Shown: piece by piece, positions 53,921 through 63,130 of the stretch
Numbering within the stretch: position 1 is the first letter of the stretch
Layout: every line of letters starts with the position of its first letter
IMG/VR virus record: IMGVR_UViG_3300050821_017570
Span: 1 to 64,000 of that record
Direction: 5' to 3' (one strand)
DNA: 64,000 nucleotides
Source of the DNA: a virus
Notes under the pieces: generated by a model
Told to the model about the DNA's origin: nothing
Database searches by the model: none
The model's input: the letters and a program-made list of their open reading frames with translations, nothing else
Translations under genes and position numbers: made by a program

Positions 53921-54349
53921 TCATGCCGGTATCTTGAGAAAGTATTCGTGCCCCTCGTCATCCACCACGCTGACGCGGCAGCCATCGAATTGACAATCGA
54001 CCTCATAGTTGGCATGCGGGTCAGCCGGCCATACCTTAATCAGATCACCGTAATGATCGTCTGGCGCATCATAATGCTCAAAGAACTTATAGTAGTTTGG
54101 AATCGCCATACGGGCCGTCTCGTTCCGTGACTGCCAACCGCCTGTCTTTGACTCTAGCTGCTGAAGCTGTCTCACCACGTCGACTAATTCCTTGCAGATG
54201 GCACGACGCCCCAACGGAATGACAAACTCTTCGGACCGATATCCGTCGGCATCGCCTTCCATGAAACGGATCACGAAATGCCAACCCGGTGGCTTGAGAC
54301 GCTTTGTCGGCTCGGCCTCAACCAGTCCGGTACCATCAAGATTCAGCAT
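53921..54349 (-). CDS. Hypothetical protein (likely ATG 54349)
   Basis: AAAGGA upstream of MLNLDG. Confidence 0.65.
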   Translation of the reverse strand: MLNLDGTGLVEAEPTKRLKPPGWHFVIRFMEGDADGYRSEEFVIPLGRRAICKELVDVVRQLQQLESKTGGWQSRNETARMAIPNYYKFFEHYDAPDDHYGDLIKVWPADPHANYEVDCQFDGCRVSVVDDEGHEYFLKIPA

Positions 54350-54710
54350 GTGGTGTTTCCTTTTTTGAGCCCTGGCATCTACGGGATTCAAACTCAGCAA
54401 GCGATCCAGCCCTGTAGGTGCGGCTATGATCGGATTCGATCTCCATCATATCACGGCCACAGTTACGGCACTGACGGGTCAACGGGCAGAACCGATGGGT
54501 CGCCCACAACGTGGGGAGCGCGTCTATCTGTGCCTGCTCCTGTCGAGCCCGCTTCTCCGCGTCCAGCATCGCGACAAACTGCTGGGCAGTCATCCCACCG
54601 TAGGGGCCATACGATCTATCCGGCTGACACTCTACTGGACTGGTGGCGCGGCTACGGGCGATGGTGGCCAATAAGCCGAGACCGGCCAATAGGAGGAGGA
54701 ACCAGATCAT
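54336..54710 (-). CDS. Membrane-anchored hypothetical protein
   Basis: N-terminal MIWFLLLLAGLGLLA; CxxxxxCxxC. Confidence 0.65.
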   Translation of the reverse strand: MIWFLLLLAGLGLLATIARSRATSPVECQPDRSYGPYGGMTAQQFVAMLDAEKRARQEQAQIDALPTLWATHRFCPLTRQCRNCGRDMMEIESDHSRTYRAGSLAEFESRRCQGSKKETPHAES

Positions 54711-54904
54711 CGGAGTCGTCGATACGCCCGGTAGCTGGCCCAGCCATTAACGGCTGTCACAACCGCGCCAACTACGTTTAGGGCAAGGAGCGCCCAAGCC
54801 CCTACCACAACATCATGGACCGCACACACAATGTTGAGCGGGCATAAGATGCCGCACAACACACATACGATCCATACACAGACGAGGTGTACGGTTGTCT
54901 TCAT
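54707..54904 (-). CDS. Small two-TM protein
   Basis: Highly hydrophobic 65 aa; ATGA coupling. Confidence 0.65.
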   Translation of the reverse strand: MKTTVHLVCVWIVCVLCGILCPLNIVCAVHDVVVGAWALLALNVVGAVVTAVNGWASYRAYRRLR

Positions 54905-55125
54905 GGGCTGCCCGTGCCACGCAGGCTAGCCACCTGCTCGGACGTAGACCGGCGAAGAATGCGATCACGTTGGCTCCAACTGAATGGAGCATGCTCACCC
55001 GTTCCGCGGGCGCGCTTCGCCTCCTTGGCGACCGTCTGAAGCTGATGATCGAACCGTAGTGGCTGCCGCTGGGCCAAACTACGGAGTGGGGCGGTCTGCG
55101 GGGTACGATGTTTGTAATGAGTCAT
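54901..55125 (-). CDS. Basic hypothetical protein (likely ATG 55125)
   Basis: AAAGGA upstream. Confidence 0.6.
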   Translation of the reverse strand: MTHYKHRTPQTAPLRSLAQRQPLRFDHQLQTVAKEAKRARGTGEHAPFSWSQRDRILRRSTSEQVASLRGTGSP

Positions 55126-55135
55126 TTGGTTTCCT

Positions 55136-55339
55136 TTATTCCCGACTACGCCGGTACTCGTCCATGGAATGAACAACATGATTAGCCACAGCTTTACCTG
55201 CTACCTCCCACGCAGCCTGGATTTCAGGCTTCTGCGCGTCATAGGTGGGCAACGGAGCGCCGCTGATGAGCGACTTACCGCCACACTGTGCTAGATATGC
55301 TTCGTAGGCCATACGTCCATAATCAGGTGGTGGGTTCAT
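55136..55339 (-). CDS. Hypothetical protein
   Basis: YGRMAYEAY...LPTYD...IQAAWEVA; ATGA coupling. Confidence 0.65.
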   Translation of the reverse strand: MNPPPDYGRMAYEAYLAQCGGKSLISGAPLPTYDAQKPEIQAAWEVAGKAVANHVVHSMDEYRRSRE

Positions 55340-55584
55340 TGGGCCGCCTTCGCCTTCCACTCGCGCTCCTCCGACAGATACGACTGCAGGAGTTTCGCCA
55401 GCCTAACCATGGCAGACCCATAGTTCAGCGCATGGGCGGTCAGACGATGGCTGTCCGACAGTTCGATCGTCGCCTCAACCCACTGACCATCGGGGTCACG
55501 GGTCACAACCGCGTGGAGGTCCCAATCCGGACGGACCAACATATCCTTGCCTCGAAACTTGAGGCGGTCTTCAGCGATAGTCAT
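55336..55584 (-). CDS. Hypothetical protein
   Basis: 82 aa; AAGGA upstream. Confidence 0.65.
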   Translation of the reverse strand: MTIAEDRLKFRGKDMLVRPDWDLHAVVTRDPDGQWVEATIELSDSHRLTAHALNYGSAMVRLAKLLQSYLSEEREWKAKAAQ

Positions 55585-55623
55585 TTAGAATCCTTTTCAT
55601 CCATCTGAATGATCTCCACGGGT

Positions 55624-55860
55624 TTACGGCTCATTGTGGTCCCACCTGACGTAGTAGGTGACGTTCGTCAGAACACCCAATGGACCAGTATGCGGCACAA
55701 TCGCCGTGACGGTACCCTCCTGGTCAGGATGGTCAACGTTGTAGACGCGTTCGCCAACCGAGTAGTCGTACCCACAGGCAAACCATGGAGTCGCCTGGTC
55801 ACGTACCCCGCCACAGCCCATCAGTCCCAATAGGGCGGCCAACATGATAAGTTTTCGCAT
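55624..55860 (-). CDS. Small lipoprotein with SH3-like domain
   Basis: MRKLIMLAALLGLMG-C lipobox; YSVGERV...EGTVTAI...YYVRWD. Confidence 0.7.
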   Translation of the reverse strand: MRKLIMLAALLGLMGCGGVRDQATPWFACGYDYSVGERVYNVDHPDQEGTVTAIVPHTGPLGVLTNVTYYVRWDHNEP

Positions 55861-55866
55861 AACCAC

Positions 55867-56055
55867 TCACTTCTCGGCGAGGCAATCGCCATCTGTGTTG
55901 TAGAGATCGTAGACAAACGGACAGCGCTTGCGCTCAGAGCACCCATCACATGTGAAGGCCGGATCACGCCTCAGCTGCTGGTTTGCATCAATCAGCGCTT
56001 GGGCCCGAATGCTCGCGAGTTGCTCATCGGTCAGAAGTCGCTCCCGTTTAGGCAT
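55867..56055 (-). CDS. Small Cys-rich hypothetical protein
   Basis: CDGC...CPFVYDLYNTDGDCLAEK. Confidence 0.65.
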   Translation of the reverse strand: MPKRERLLTDEQLASIRAQALIDANQQLRRDPAFTCDGCSERKRCPFVYDLYNTDGDCLAEK

Positions 56056-56443
56056 CGGGTGTCTCCTTGGCTGGATGACACTCGTTAAGCCCGTGATCGA
56101 TCCACGTTTGCTCAGCTGCCAACATGGCAGCCCGAGAGATCGCCAGCTCAGGCGTCGTCTCGGTCACCTCGGCATGGAGGTCCAGCTGAGTATGATGGAA
56201 CTGAACGTACACCTTCTGATTCAGCATCCGCAGGGTCAGACTCCACCCGAGCTGATCCATCCGGTGGGCGACCTGCCAGGCGTCTGCCGGATCGGTCGTG
56301 GGGTTCCACTCGTCGACATGGAGCCCAACCGGATCCCACACCTGATAGCATGCCAGGAAAAGCCCTGACGCGTTCGTACGCTCCCAGCCCATCACCTGTT
56401 GGGCCACCTGCGCATCCAGTATCTGCGGAAATTCGTGGCTCAC
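56048..56443 (-). CDS. Phage ABA-sandwich/NinX-like small protein
   Basis: LDAQVAQQVMGW...WNPTTDPADAWQV...TPELAISRAAM. Confidence 0.65.
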   Translation of the reverse strand: MSHEFPQILDAQVAQQVMGWERTNASGLFLACYQVWDPVGLHVDEWNPTTDPADAWQVAHRMDQLGWSLTLRMLNQKVYVQFHHTQLDLHAEVTETTPELAISRAAMLAAEQTWIDHGLNECHPAKETPDA

Positions 56444-56453
56444 TCTACCCCAC

Positions 56454-56558
56454 TCATCGGAACAGATCTTTCAGTGCTAGGTCGTAGAACACCCACAGGC
56501 CACCAAACGCAGCCAGCGTGATGATGAGCCTGATGCCAACCCGATTGATTGGGTTCAT
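56454..56558 (-). CDS. 34-aa single-TM microprotein
   Basis: Manual translation MNPINRVGIRLIITLAAFGGLWVFYDLALKDLFR. Confidence 0.65.
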   Translation of the reverse strand: MNPINRVGIRLIITLAAFGGLWVFYDLALKDLFR

Positions 56559-56689
56559 GAGCCAGCCTCATACAGCCAGACCAGCAGGGTGCCGACCACG
56601 GGTGCGATCACCAGGATGAGGCCCACGTAGAGCGCCATGTTGTCGTTCCACTTGTTACGACTGAACCGGCGGTTTCCAAATCGACGCAT
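56555..56689 (-). CDS. 44-aa single-TM microprotein
   Basis: MRRFGNRRFSRNKWNDNMALYVGLILVIAPVVGTLLVWLYEAGS; AAGGAG RBS. Confidence 0.7.
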   Translation of the reverse strand: MRRFGNRRFSRNKWNDNMALYVGLILVIAPVVGTLLVWLYEAGS

Positions 56690-56698
56690 TCGTTCTCC

Positions 56699-56794
56699 TT
56701 AGAAGATGTCGAGCCACCTCAACAAGAGGAGCACGAGAATAACAATCGCTCCGAACATTCCAACCGCTAAGAGTGCGGTATCTAACCCATCCAT
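56699..56794 (-). CDS. 31-aa single-TM microprotein
   Basis: MDGLDTALLAVGMFGAIVILVLLLLRWLDIF. Confidence 0.65.
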   Translation of the reverse strand: MDGLDTALLAVGMFGAIVILVLLLLRWLDIF

Positions 56795-56795
56795 A

Positions 56796-56882
56796 TCATT
56801 TCTTTCGTGTCAGCCAGCAGAAGAGACCAAACAGTCCACCCGCCAGACAGATCATGACGATCGTAGCGAGGAAGACACTCAC
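56796..56882 (-). CDS. 28-aa single-TM microprotein
   Basis: GTG start overlapping the upstream stop (GTGA); MSVFLATIVMICLAGGLFGLFCWLTRKK. Confidence 0.6.
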   Translation of the reverse strand: MSVFLATIVMICLAGGLFGLFCWLTRKK

Positions 56883-57100
56883 CTGCCACCCAGCCGATAC
56901 AGGATGCTGAAGTGGACCCACTTGCCCAGCGTCATAATGGCATCGCCAAGCCGACTGACCAGGCCAGCTAGCCAAACGATCGCCACGGCCAGATAGTCAA
57001 CCAATGCGGCCCCTACCCAACAGGCCACCGCCAACGGAAGCCAGCAGATCGTCCACACCACGATGATTGCCGTCACGGCAAACTCACGAATCTTGTTCAT
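56879..57100 (-). CDS. Small membrane protein
   Basis: 73 aa, long hydrophobic stretch; ATGA coupling. Confidence 0.65.
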   Translation of the reverse strand: MNKIREFAVTAIIVVWTICWLPLAVACWVGAALVDYLAVAIVWLAGLVSRLGDAIMTLGKWVHFSILYRLGGR

Positions 57101-57495
57101 AGGTGGTCCTCAATCACGTCGGCTAGTTTGCTGAAACTAACACCGTCATCGTTCGCCTCGCTCAGGCAGCCATACTGCGTACGACCACACTCAAAATCAA
57201 AGTGCGGCTCATCGTCCCGAATCAAGGCGGCCTTACCCTTGAGGGCCCACTTCCAGACTTTCTCTGGTGGGTGCGTCTCATTCGACTCGCCCTTGGGGCT
57301 TGCCTGAAACTCAAAGTCACCTGCTTCGGGTTCGATCCACTGGGCCTTCGGATGCTCTTTCCGGTACAGCTCACACAGCACACCCAACACGCAGAATCGC
57401 TCGCCACGATGCATGACGTTACGGATCTTTCGGTAGCGACCGGACCGTAACGCACGCACCAGCTTCTTCTTAATTTTTGGTTTTAACACAACCAT
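57097..57495 (-). CDS. Conserved phage hypothetical protein
   Basis: ALRSGRY...FCVLGVLCEL...LSEANDDGVSFSKLADVIE pattern, which I recall from phage genomes. Confidence 0.7.
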   Translation of the reverse strand: MVVLKPKIKKKLVRALRSGRYRKIRNVMHRGERFCVLGVLCELYRKEHPKAQWIEPEAGDFEFQASPKGESNETHPPEKVWKWALKGKAALIRDDEPHFDFECGRTQYGCLSEANDDGVSFSKLADVIEDHL

Positions 57496-57504
57496 ATGGT
57501 TCCC

Positions 57505-57816
57505 TTAGGATTCGTACAACAGATACATGAGATCGCGGTCATGCAGGTCTTCAGGATATCCACTATATCCGTAAAAGTATAAGTTACTCCATTCGCTCCA
57601 AGTGCTTGCCGCCACTCGGGCGCTATCGCTCTCAACCGTGCCATCACTAGCGTAGCTGACACAGGTGTAGGTGAGGTGATACTGCCAACGATGCGTGTGG
57701 CCACCGCGATCATGCCGCTGGCCAGCACTACGGTCGATTCCTCGGATCGTGTACCGATATAGATGGTTTCGAGTCATCCAGACCTGACCGATCCGTAAGG
57801 GTGCCAAATCTGTCAT
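57505..57816 (-). CDS. GQxW-family paralogue 1
   Basis: LRIGQVWMTR...DLMYLLYE. Confidence 0.75.
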   Translation of the reverse strand: MTDLAPLRIGQVWMTRNHLYRYTIRGIDRSAGQRHDRGGHTHRWQYHLTYTCVSYASDGTVESDSARVAASTWSEWSNLYFYGYSGYPEDLHDRDLMYLLYES

Positions 57817-58103
57817 GGTGGAATCTTTCCATTTGGGTCACCAGCGGTTTCGAAACTTACTGGTGAGATCTCGCTAGCATACTCGCAGGTCTCGCCAGCC
57901 GCTCGGTTCAGCATACTGCTCGCCAATTGACCGTTTCCAAACGCGACCTTGATCGCTTCAAGCGTCTCGGCTGAAATCACATCGGTATGTGGGAACGTGC
58001 CGACACGTACCCACATCCCACGAGGTAGCATTGCGTATACGGCCTGCTGATCATCGAACCGAGAGACCACAAACTCTGGCACAAAATGTAACGTCTCATC
58101 CAT
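57813..58103 (-). CDS. Hypothetical protein
   Basis: 96 aa, coupled. Confidence 0.65.
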   Translation of the reverse strand: MDETLHFVPEFVVSRFDDQQAVYAMLPRGMWVRVGTFPHTDVISAETLEAIKVAFGNGQLASSMLNRAAGETCEYASEISPVSFETAGDPNGKIPP

Positions 58104-58386
58104 GGTATGCTTTCGGGTCCCACAAGAGGGTTATGAGGTCCACACCTTCGGGATGATTTGGTGTCTGATGAAACCACCAGGCGGTCGAACCCATGTATGC
58201 GGTATAGATGGTGTCGCGATCGCCTAACGAAATGTCAGGATAATCTGGATGAAGCCCACACCGATATCCGTGGGAGTAGATCCGAACATCATACTTACCC
58301 AGACCGGATCGCACTCTCGTTACGTGCACAATCTCAACACGGTGTGACTGATCGCGCAGCTGCCAAATCTGACCCGCCCGCAGCAT
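58096..58386 (-). CDS. GQxW-family paralogue 2 (likely ATG 58386)
   Basis: LRAGQIWQLRDQ...DLITLLWDP. Confidence 0.75.
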   Translation of the reverse strand: MLRAGQIWQLRDQSHRVEIVHVTRVRSGLGKYDVRIYSHGYRCGLHPDYPDISLGDRDTIYTAYMGSTAWWFHQTPNHPEGVDLITLLWDPKAYHG

Positions 58387-58451
58387 GGGTGGATAGACCC
58401 CCCAGTGGAGCGGGAACAACCAGCCCGGCAGGTTACTGACGAACCGCCACA

Positions 58452-59105
58452 TCAGGTGGCCCGACAGAAGCCAAGTGAATCCAAGGTCTCGTTCGGGTCA
58501 CGGAAGTATCCGATGATCTGCTTGGGCGTCACCCGGTTGGTCCCACTCATGGTGCCACCGTTCTGGATCATCTGGATCAGAATGCCGACCGTGTCGATCG
58601 TCAGGTTCGACTGGCCGGTTTGTTCACGCAGGTACTTGGCGAACTCAGGCCAACTGGCCAGCTGGGCGTGCCCCTGACGGCTCATGATGCCTTCGCACAC
58701 GTAGGCCAACCCAATCGAGCAGCTCGGGAAGTGGGTCAGCAGTTGAACTTCGGGAATCTGGTAGAGCACCGACTCAACGTCGGCGACCGGGTTACGGAGG
58801 TAGCTATCGCACCAGCTGATGGCTCTCAGGAGGCCCAGACTGCGGGTGCAACCGATGACCTGTTCGGCTCGTAGGCTAAACGTCTGATCGAGCCATTCGG
58901 TCATCCGCTTGTCACGATACTCGTACCCACAGAGCGTGGTGGCCTCAAGCCCATCACCCCATGGCATGGACAGCGTCTGGGCCAACACGAGGTTCCACTG
59001 GGTCAGCTCGGGCTGCCGGACGAACTCAGGTGCATTCTTCAGGACGACAAGACCTGCTTTGGTCGCGCGAGCCAATTGGCCGGCGCGTTTCGATTGTTTC
59101 GACAT
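58452..59105 (-). CDS. Hypothetical protein
   Basis: 217-aa ORF. Confidence 0.7.
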   Translation of the reverse strand: MSKQSKRAGQLARATKAGLVVLKNAPEFVRQPELTQWNLVLAQTLSMPWGDGLEATTLCGYEYRDKRMTEWLDQTFSLRAEQVIGCTRSLGLLRAISWCDSYLRNPVADVESVLYQIPEVQLLTHFPSCSIGLAYVCEGIMSRQGHAQLASWPEFAKYLREQTGQSNLTIDTVGILIQMIQNGGTMSGTNRVTPKQIIGYFRDPNETLDSLGFCRAT

Positions 59106-59120
59106 GATGTGCTTTCTAGT

Positions 59121-59765
59121 TCACGAACCTGAACTGGTATCAGCCGGGTTGGGACCAGGATCCTGATCCGACGTCGGACGGGCCGGCTTCGCCATATCGT
59201 CCGGCTTGGGCCAATTCAGCGGACAGGTTCGCTGGCTCGAAACCGAACTATCGTCATCAAAGTACTGAACCCGTACCTCACTGGGGAGGCGACCGGCCTC
59301 AATCGCCTTGGCCGCACCCTCAGGCCAATCAAGCCGACGGGTCACCTCATGAGCCGTAGGTTCCGACATCACGCTGGCCTGGATCTCCTTGGCCAGCCCT
59401 TCGCCGTGCCGCTTATGGGCCGCCGGATCACGCGCGTGAGCCAGCCAGGTGACCCCCATGGCGGCCAGCTCGGGATCCTGCTGGGCCGACTTACCAGTGA
59501 CGAAGTCATTGTGAGCTTCATCGAACCCAGCATACCCGTGCTGTCTCGCCACCTGATCGATCTTGTGGGCCTGATCTCGTTGGTAGCGAATGCTGGCCCT
59601 ATGGTTGCGCCAGTACTTGAGTGCGATCCGGAAGGCGTCCCAGGCCGCATGGACGACAGATGGGCGACCCGTCGCTACAGGCATTCGGGTGGCTGGGTCG
59701 TATCGGTAGTTCTGCTGACGCTGCGAATGGTAGGCTGACCGAAACGACTGAATCAGGTTGAACAT
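59121..59765 (-). CDS. Hypothetical protein (likely ATG 59765)
   Basis: TAAAGGA upstream of MFNLIQ. Confidence 0.7.
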   Translation of the reverse strand: MFNLIQSFRSAYHSQRQQNYRYDPATRMPVATGRPSVVHAAWDAFRIALKYWRNHRASIRYQRDQAHKIDQVARQHGYAGFDEAHNDFVTGKSAQQDPELAAMGVTWLAHARDPAAHKRHGEGLAKEIQASVMSEPTAHEVTRRLDWPEGAAKAIEAGRLPSEVRVQYFDDDSSVSSQRTCPLNWPKPDDMAKPARPTSDQDPGPNPADTSSGS

Positions 59766-59773
59766 ATGGTCCT

Positions 59774-60262
59774 TTAATCCAAATGATGGAGGAGCCACCA
59801 GACCGCCACTAACTCGCGACGGCTCATCAGGTGGAGGGGTCGGGCAGTCGCGCGTAACGCGACGATACGGTCAAAGATGGGGCCACAATCGGCTCGCTCG
59901 TCGGCCGACACCATCTCACAGATCTGCTGATCCAGCAGATCGATCTGGTGGGTCAACCGCCTAGACTGACCAGTCTGGAACAGCTCAGTCAGGCGAATCG
60001 CATCGGCCGCCTCATTGGCCATCAGGTTGGGCCAATAGATCAGGTGGTAGCGAATCTGACTGGTGACATAACTCAGTATGCCGACCTGATAGTCAGCCGA
60101 CGTGTAGTCACCGTGTGGGTCCACCAGAGCGGGCAAATGGACCTCGTCAGCCCACCGGCCGGCTGTGACGGTATCACCATAGGGCCAGTACCGTTCCATC
60201 GCTACCTCATGCGTGGCGAGCTGTTGACAGAACTCTGGCGTCAGTACCGATGGAGCACCCAT
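59774..60262 (-). CDS. Hypothetical protein with possible UVR-like helical hairpin
   Basis: LDQQICEMVSADERADCGPIFDRIVAL; TAAAGGA upstream. Confidence 0.6.
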   Translation of the reverse strand: MGAPSVLTPEFCQQLATHEVAMERYWPYGDTVTAGRWADEVHLPALVDPHGDYTSADYQVGILSYVTSQIRYHLIYWPNLMANEAADAIRLTELFQTGQSRRLTHQIDLLDQQICEMVSADERADCGPIFDRIVALRATARPLHLMSRRELVAVWWLLHHLD

Positions 60263-60272
60263 AGTGGGTCCT

Positions 60273-60560
60273 TTATAGGAGTTGGGTCTCTACATGCAAG
60301 GCAGGATCGTACAGACACTGCGTGAGATCCCAATCCGATCCACACCGAGAGTGCCAGTAGTTGGCCGTGGCGATCCACCGGTAAGGCATGAGTTCACTCA
60401 CATGATCAGACCAACAGCCAGACGGCAACATACGGCGGGTATGCGGATGAACCCCTTCGGCATCAATGGTAGTGTCAACGATACGGTATCGATGCTGCTG
60501 GCTCCGACACAGCCAGACCTGACCTGGCAGCAATCTGCTGGGGTTTAGGATGGGGTCCAT
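60273..60560 (-). CDS. GQxW-family paralogue 3
   Basis: LLPGQVWLCRSQ...DLTQCLYDP. Confidence 0.75.
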   Translation of the reverse strand: MDPILNPSRLLPGQVWLCRSQQHRYRIVDTTIDAEGVHPHTRRMLPSGCWSDHVSELMPYRWIATANYWHSRCGSDWDLTQCLYDPALHVETQLL

Positions 60561-60814
60561 AGGAGTTGCCAGGTGTTGTTATCTCCGTCTTGAAACGCGA
60601 CATCGGACAACACTTTCGACACACGAAACGCCCATCCTGGGGACTGAATCGCTCCTTCATAGTTCCCCCAGTAATTCCATCCGAACCAGCGGTCACCGTG
60701 CCGGATGATGGCAACCCGATTGACTGATTCCTGTCGCAACTCAAAATATTCCCGATACATCCGCATCCAGATCTGTCCATGTCTGAACCGAATCGATGAT
60801 TTGTGTGGTTCCAC
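60545..60814 (-). CDS. GQxW-family paralogue 4
   Basis: FRHGQIWMR...WQLLWTP. Confidence 0.7.
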   Translation of the reverse strand: MEPHKSSIRFRHGQIWMRMYREYFELRQESVNRVAIIRHGDRWFGWNYWGNYEGAIQSPGWAFRVSKVLSDVAFQDGDNNTWQLLWTPS

Positions 60815-60815
60815 G

Positions 60816-61172
60816 TTAGGTCTCGGTCGACCCTGCCTCAGGGTCCCAGTAGAGGAGAATGTAGTTGGCCTGGTCAGACGGGGTGTAGAACTGGGTAGGT
60901 GTCATGACTTTGATATCAGGCAGATAGTCAGAGAGTGGTCTAACCTCCGCATCATCACTTTCCAAAAATCTGAACACTGCGCCGCCGTGTGGTTTCAGCT
61001 CATACCCACCGTAGTAGCAGCCATGGAGACTCAGCCGCCCGCTAGGACCTTTGGCTCGGAAAACTGCGAAGTATTCGGTCATACGCTCGTAACGGCGTTC
61101 CTCACTGCCACAACGGTCTAATAGTGTCCCATGTTGGCGCCAAATCTGAAAGTGTTTGAAATGGTGCTTCAT
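60816..61172 (-). CDS. GQxW-family paralogue 5 (divergent)
   Basis: FKHFQIWRQ...YILLYWDP. Confidence 0.7.
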   Translation of the reverse strand: MKHHFKHFQIWRQHGTLLDRCGSEERRYERMTEYFAVFRAKGPSGRLSLHGCYYGGYELKPHGGAVFRFLESDDAEVRPLSDYLPDIKVMTPTQFYTPSDQANYILLYWDPEAGSTET

Positions 61173-61483
61173 ATGATGGCCTGTTCTGTGTCTTCATACG
61201 TGAGAATCCAAGCGGTGCCGTGTGGTTCTACCAGCACGGTGGGCTCGATAAGTTTGGGCTGGCTAAGACCGTGTTGGAGTTTCCACGGCTTGGAAACACG
61301 CTGTAGGTAGGTTATTACCGTGAGACCACCTCGTACGGCGCTACGCTTGAAGAACCAACCACCCAAACGATCCCTGGTATTGTGGTGCCGCATGACCGCC
61401 ATCAACCACGGATCCTCAGGATCATCTGTAGCCTGCCAGAGCTGGAAGTGCCTGAAACAATCGTAGGGGTTCGGAGCCGTCAT
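61169..61483 (-). CDS. GQxW-family paralogue 6 (divergent)
   Basis: FRHFQLWQA...WILTYED. Confidence 0.65.
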   Translation of the reverse strand: MTAPNPYDCFRHFQLWQATDDPEDPWLMAVMRHHNTRDRLGGWFFKRSAVRGGLTVITYLQRVSKPWKLQHGLSQPKLIEPTVLVEPHGTAWILTYEDTEQAII

Positions 61484-61770
61484 GTTGGACTCCAGACGAG
61501 ATGGATGAGCGGGTAGTTGTCTAGCCCAGTGTGTCCTTTATCGCGGCTCCAAACTCCTCCGTAGCGATAGAACGTATTGGTGGTTGTCCTATGGTCACAA
61601 CTATACTTGGTTTCACAATCAATCGAATCGTCTCGTTTATACCGCTTGATAATCTCAACGATCTGGCAGGTCACCTCTTGATCGTCTGTCATCCAGATCT
61701 GACCGGCCTGTAGGTCACACGGTAAGCACGAGTCCTGGGTTGAACCCATTGGTTTCTCCTCGATAGCCAC
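61480..61770 (-). CDS. GQxW-family paralogue 7
   Basis: LQAGQIWMTDDQ...PLIHLVWSP; start uncertain. Confidence 0.7.
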   Translation of the reverse strand: MAIEEKPMGSTQDSCLPCDLQAGQIWMTDDQEVTCQIVEIIKRYKRDDSIDCETKYSCDHRTTTNTFYRYGGVWSRDKGHTGLDNYPLIHLVWSPT

Positions 61771-62614
61771 GCGGGTTGGCTACCAAACGGGTCTGGTCGA
61801 TATGAAAGTCAAACTCAGTATGGGTGTGACCGAAGCACCAGAGGTCTGGCTGGGTTCGGTAGATCAGATCATCCAGTGGGGCACAGAAATAGGGGTTCAG
61901 CCAATGGCCACGGAACTTTGGCGCAATCGCCTCCTCTGAGGGAATCCAATGGGTCAGCACGATCCGCTTGGGAGTAGGGATCTGCATGGCGCGATCGGCC
62001 CGTCGGAGCCAACCCGTTAGCCTCATCACGGCATCCTGGTGGGCCTCAATATGTCGGGCTGGAGTCCATTCAAACCTATCCCGCATGATGAGGTTCGGGC
62101 TAAAGTCGCTCACCCCTACCGAGGTGAGCCAGCAGTTGAGCCCAACCTCGGTGAGGCCGCCAGGTGGCGTCACCTGAATGGGAACCAACGGGTTCAGTGG
62201 GTTGACCAGTCTGAGGCCGTCACGCTCGATCCGCTGTCTCAGATCGGGGTCCAGCGATATGGTGAGGCCGCTCCACAAGGGGGTTCCGTAGATCTCATAG
62301 GGTTGGCCCCCAACCATCAGGGTGGTGGCCTCGTTGTGAAGCAACGTCACATGCGGACATTCCTGAAGTGCGGCCTTGAAATACGGTGACAGGAGATCTT
62401 TATGCCGGAGATCCTGAGAGTCGGTGTGGTAGAAGTCATGGTTACCGAGCACCAAATAGACAGGCCGTTCAATCTGGTTGAGAAAATCGATCACCAGTTT
62501 GGGTTTAGACCAGTGGCCCAAATCCCCACATACGCAGGTGATGTCGGCCTCCACCTCCGGCAACCCAAGGTAGCGGCCCTCAAGATGGAGATCACTAATG
62601 AGGTGAAGCCGCAT
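61715..62614 (-). CDS. Calcineurin-like metallophosphoesterase
   Basis: ISDLHLE, VCGDL, LGNHDFY, LTHWIP, FGHTH, NPRGY. Confidence 0.9.
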   Translation of the reverse strand: MRLHLISDLHLEGRYLGLPEVEADITCVCGDLGHWSKPKLVIDFLNQIERPVYLVLGNHDFYHTDSQDLRHKDLLSPYFKAALQECPHVTLLHNEATTLMVGGQPYEIYGTPLWSGLTISLDPDLRQRIERDGLRLVNPLNPLVPIQVTPPGGLTEVGLNCWLTSVGVSDFSPNLIMRDRFEWTPARHIEAHQDAVMRLTGWLRRADRAMQIPTPKRIVLTHWIPSEEAIAPKFRGHWLNPYFCAPLDDLIYRTQPDLWCFGHTHTEFDFHIDQTRLVANPRGYRGETNGFNPGLVLTV

Positions 62615-62881
62615 TTAGCCTTCTGGGTTGTAGATAAGGGTTATGAGATCAAGCCGTTGAGGATCGGTGGTCCCAAGATCATCGAAACGATAATAGGAGC
62701 CATCAGGCGATGGAACCCACCTATACGTTAGATTAGCTAGTCGCATACCATCGGTATGAAACCATCGACACTGTATCCGACCATCTGGCCATGGGTTTGT
62801 ATCTACTTTCAGACGCCAATCCTGATCCCTAGAGAGCCAAATCTGCCCGGCCTTAAGCGGAGCTAGCACGGTGGCTCCCAC
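62615..62881 (-). CDS. GQxW-family paralogue 8
   Basis: LKAGQIWLSRDQ...DLITLIYNP. Confidence 0.75.
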   Translation of the reverse strand: MGATVLAPLKAGQIWLSRDQDWRLKVDTNPWPDGRIQCRWFHTDGMRLANLTYRWVPSPDGSYYRFDDLGTTDPQRLDLITLIYNPEG

Positions 62882-63120
62882 AGCAGAGTGATGAGATCGT
62901 CCTGTGATGGATTACTCGGCAGGAACGCCCAATAGGCATTATTATAGGATGGTCGCCAATGAAGTTTTGTGGCACCGAAACCAGCAGACCCGGTCGAACG
63001 ATCCCGAAACGTGACTTCAAGCCAACCCTCAGTCGACGTAACGGGCTCACCAGTTACCTGGATACGACGATCCTGTCTCCGGCAGAGCCACACCTGGCCC
63101 TGTCGTAGTGGTACTAACAT
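62863..63120 (-). CDS. GQxW-family paralogue 9
   Basis: LRQGQVWLCRRQ...DLITLLWEP. Confidence 0.75.
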   Translation of the reverse strand: MLVPLRQGQVWLCRRQDRRIQVTGEPVTSTEGWLEVTFRDRSTGSAGFGATKLHWRPSYNNAYWAFLPSNPSQDDLITLLWEPPC

Positions 63121-63130
63121 GCAGGCCCCT

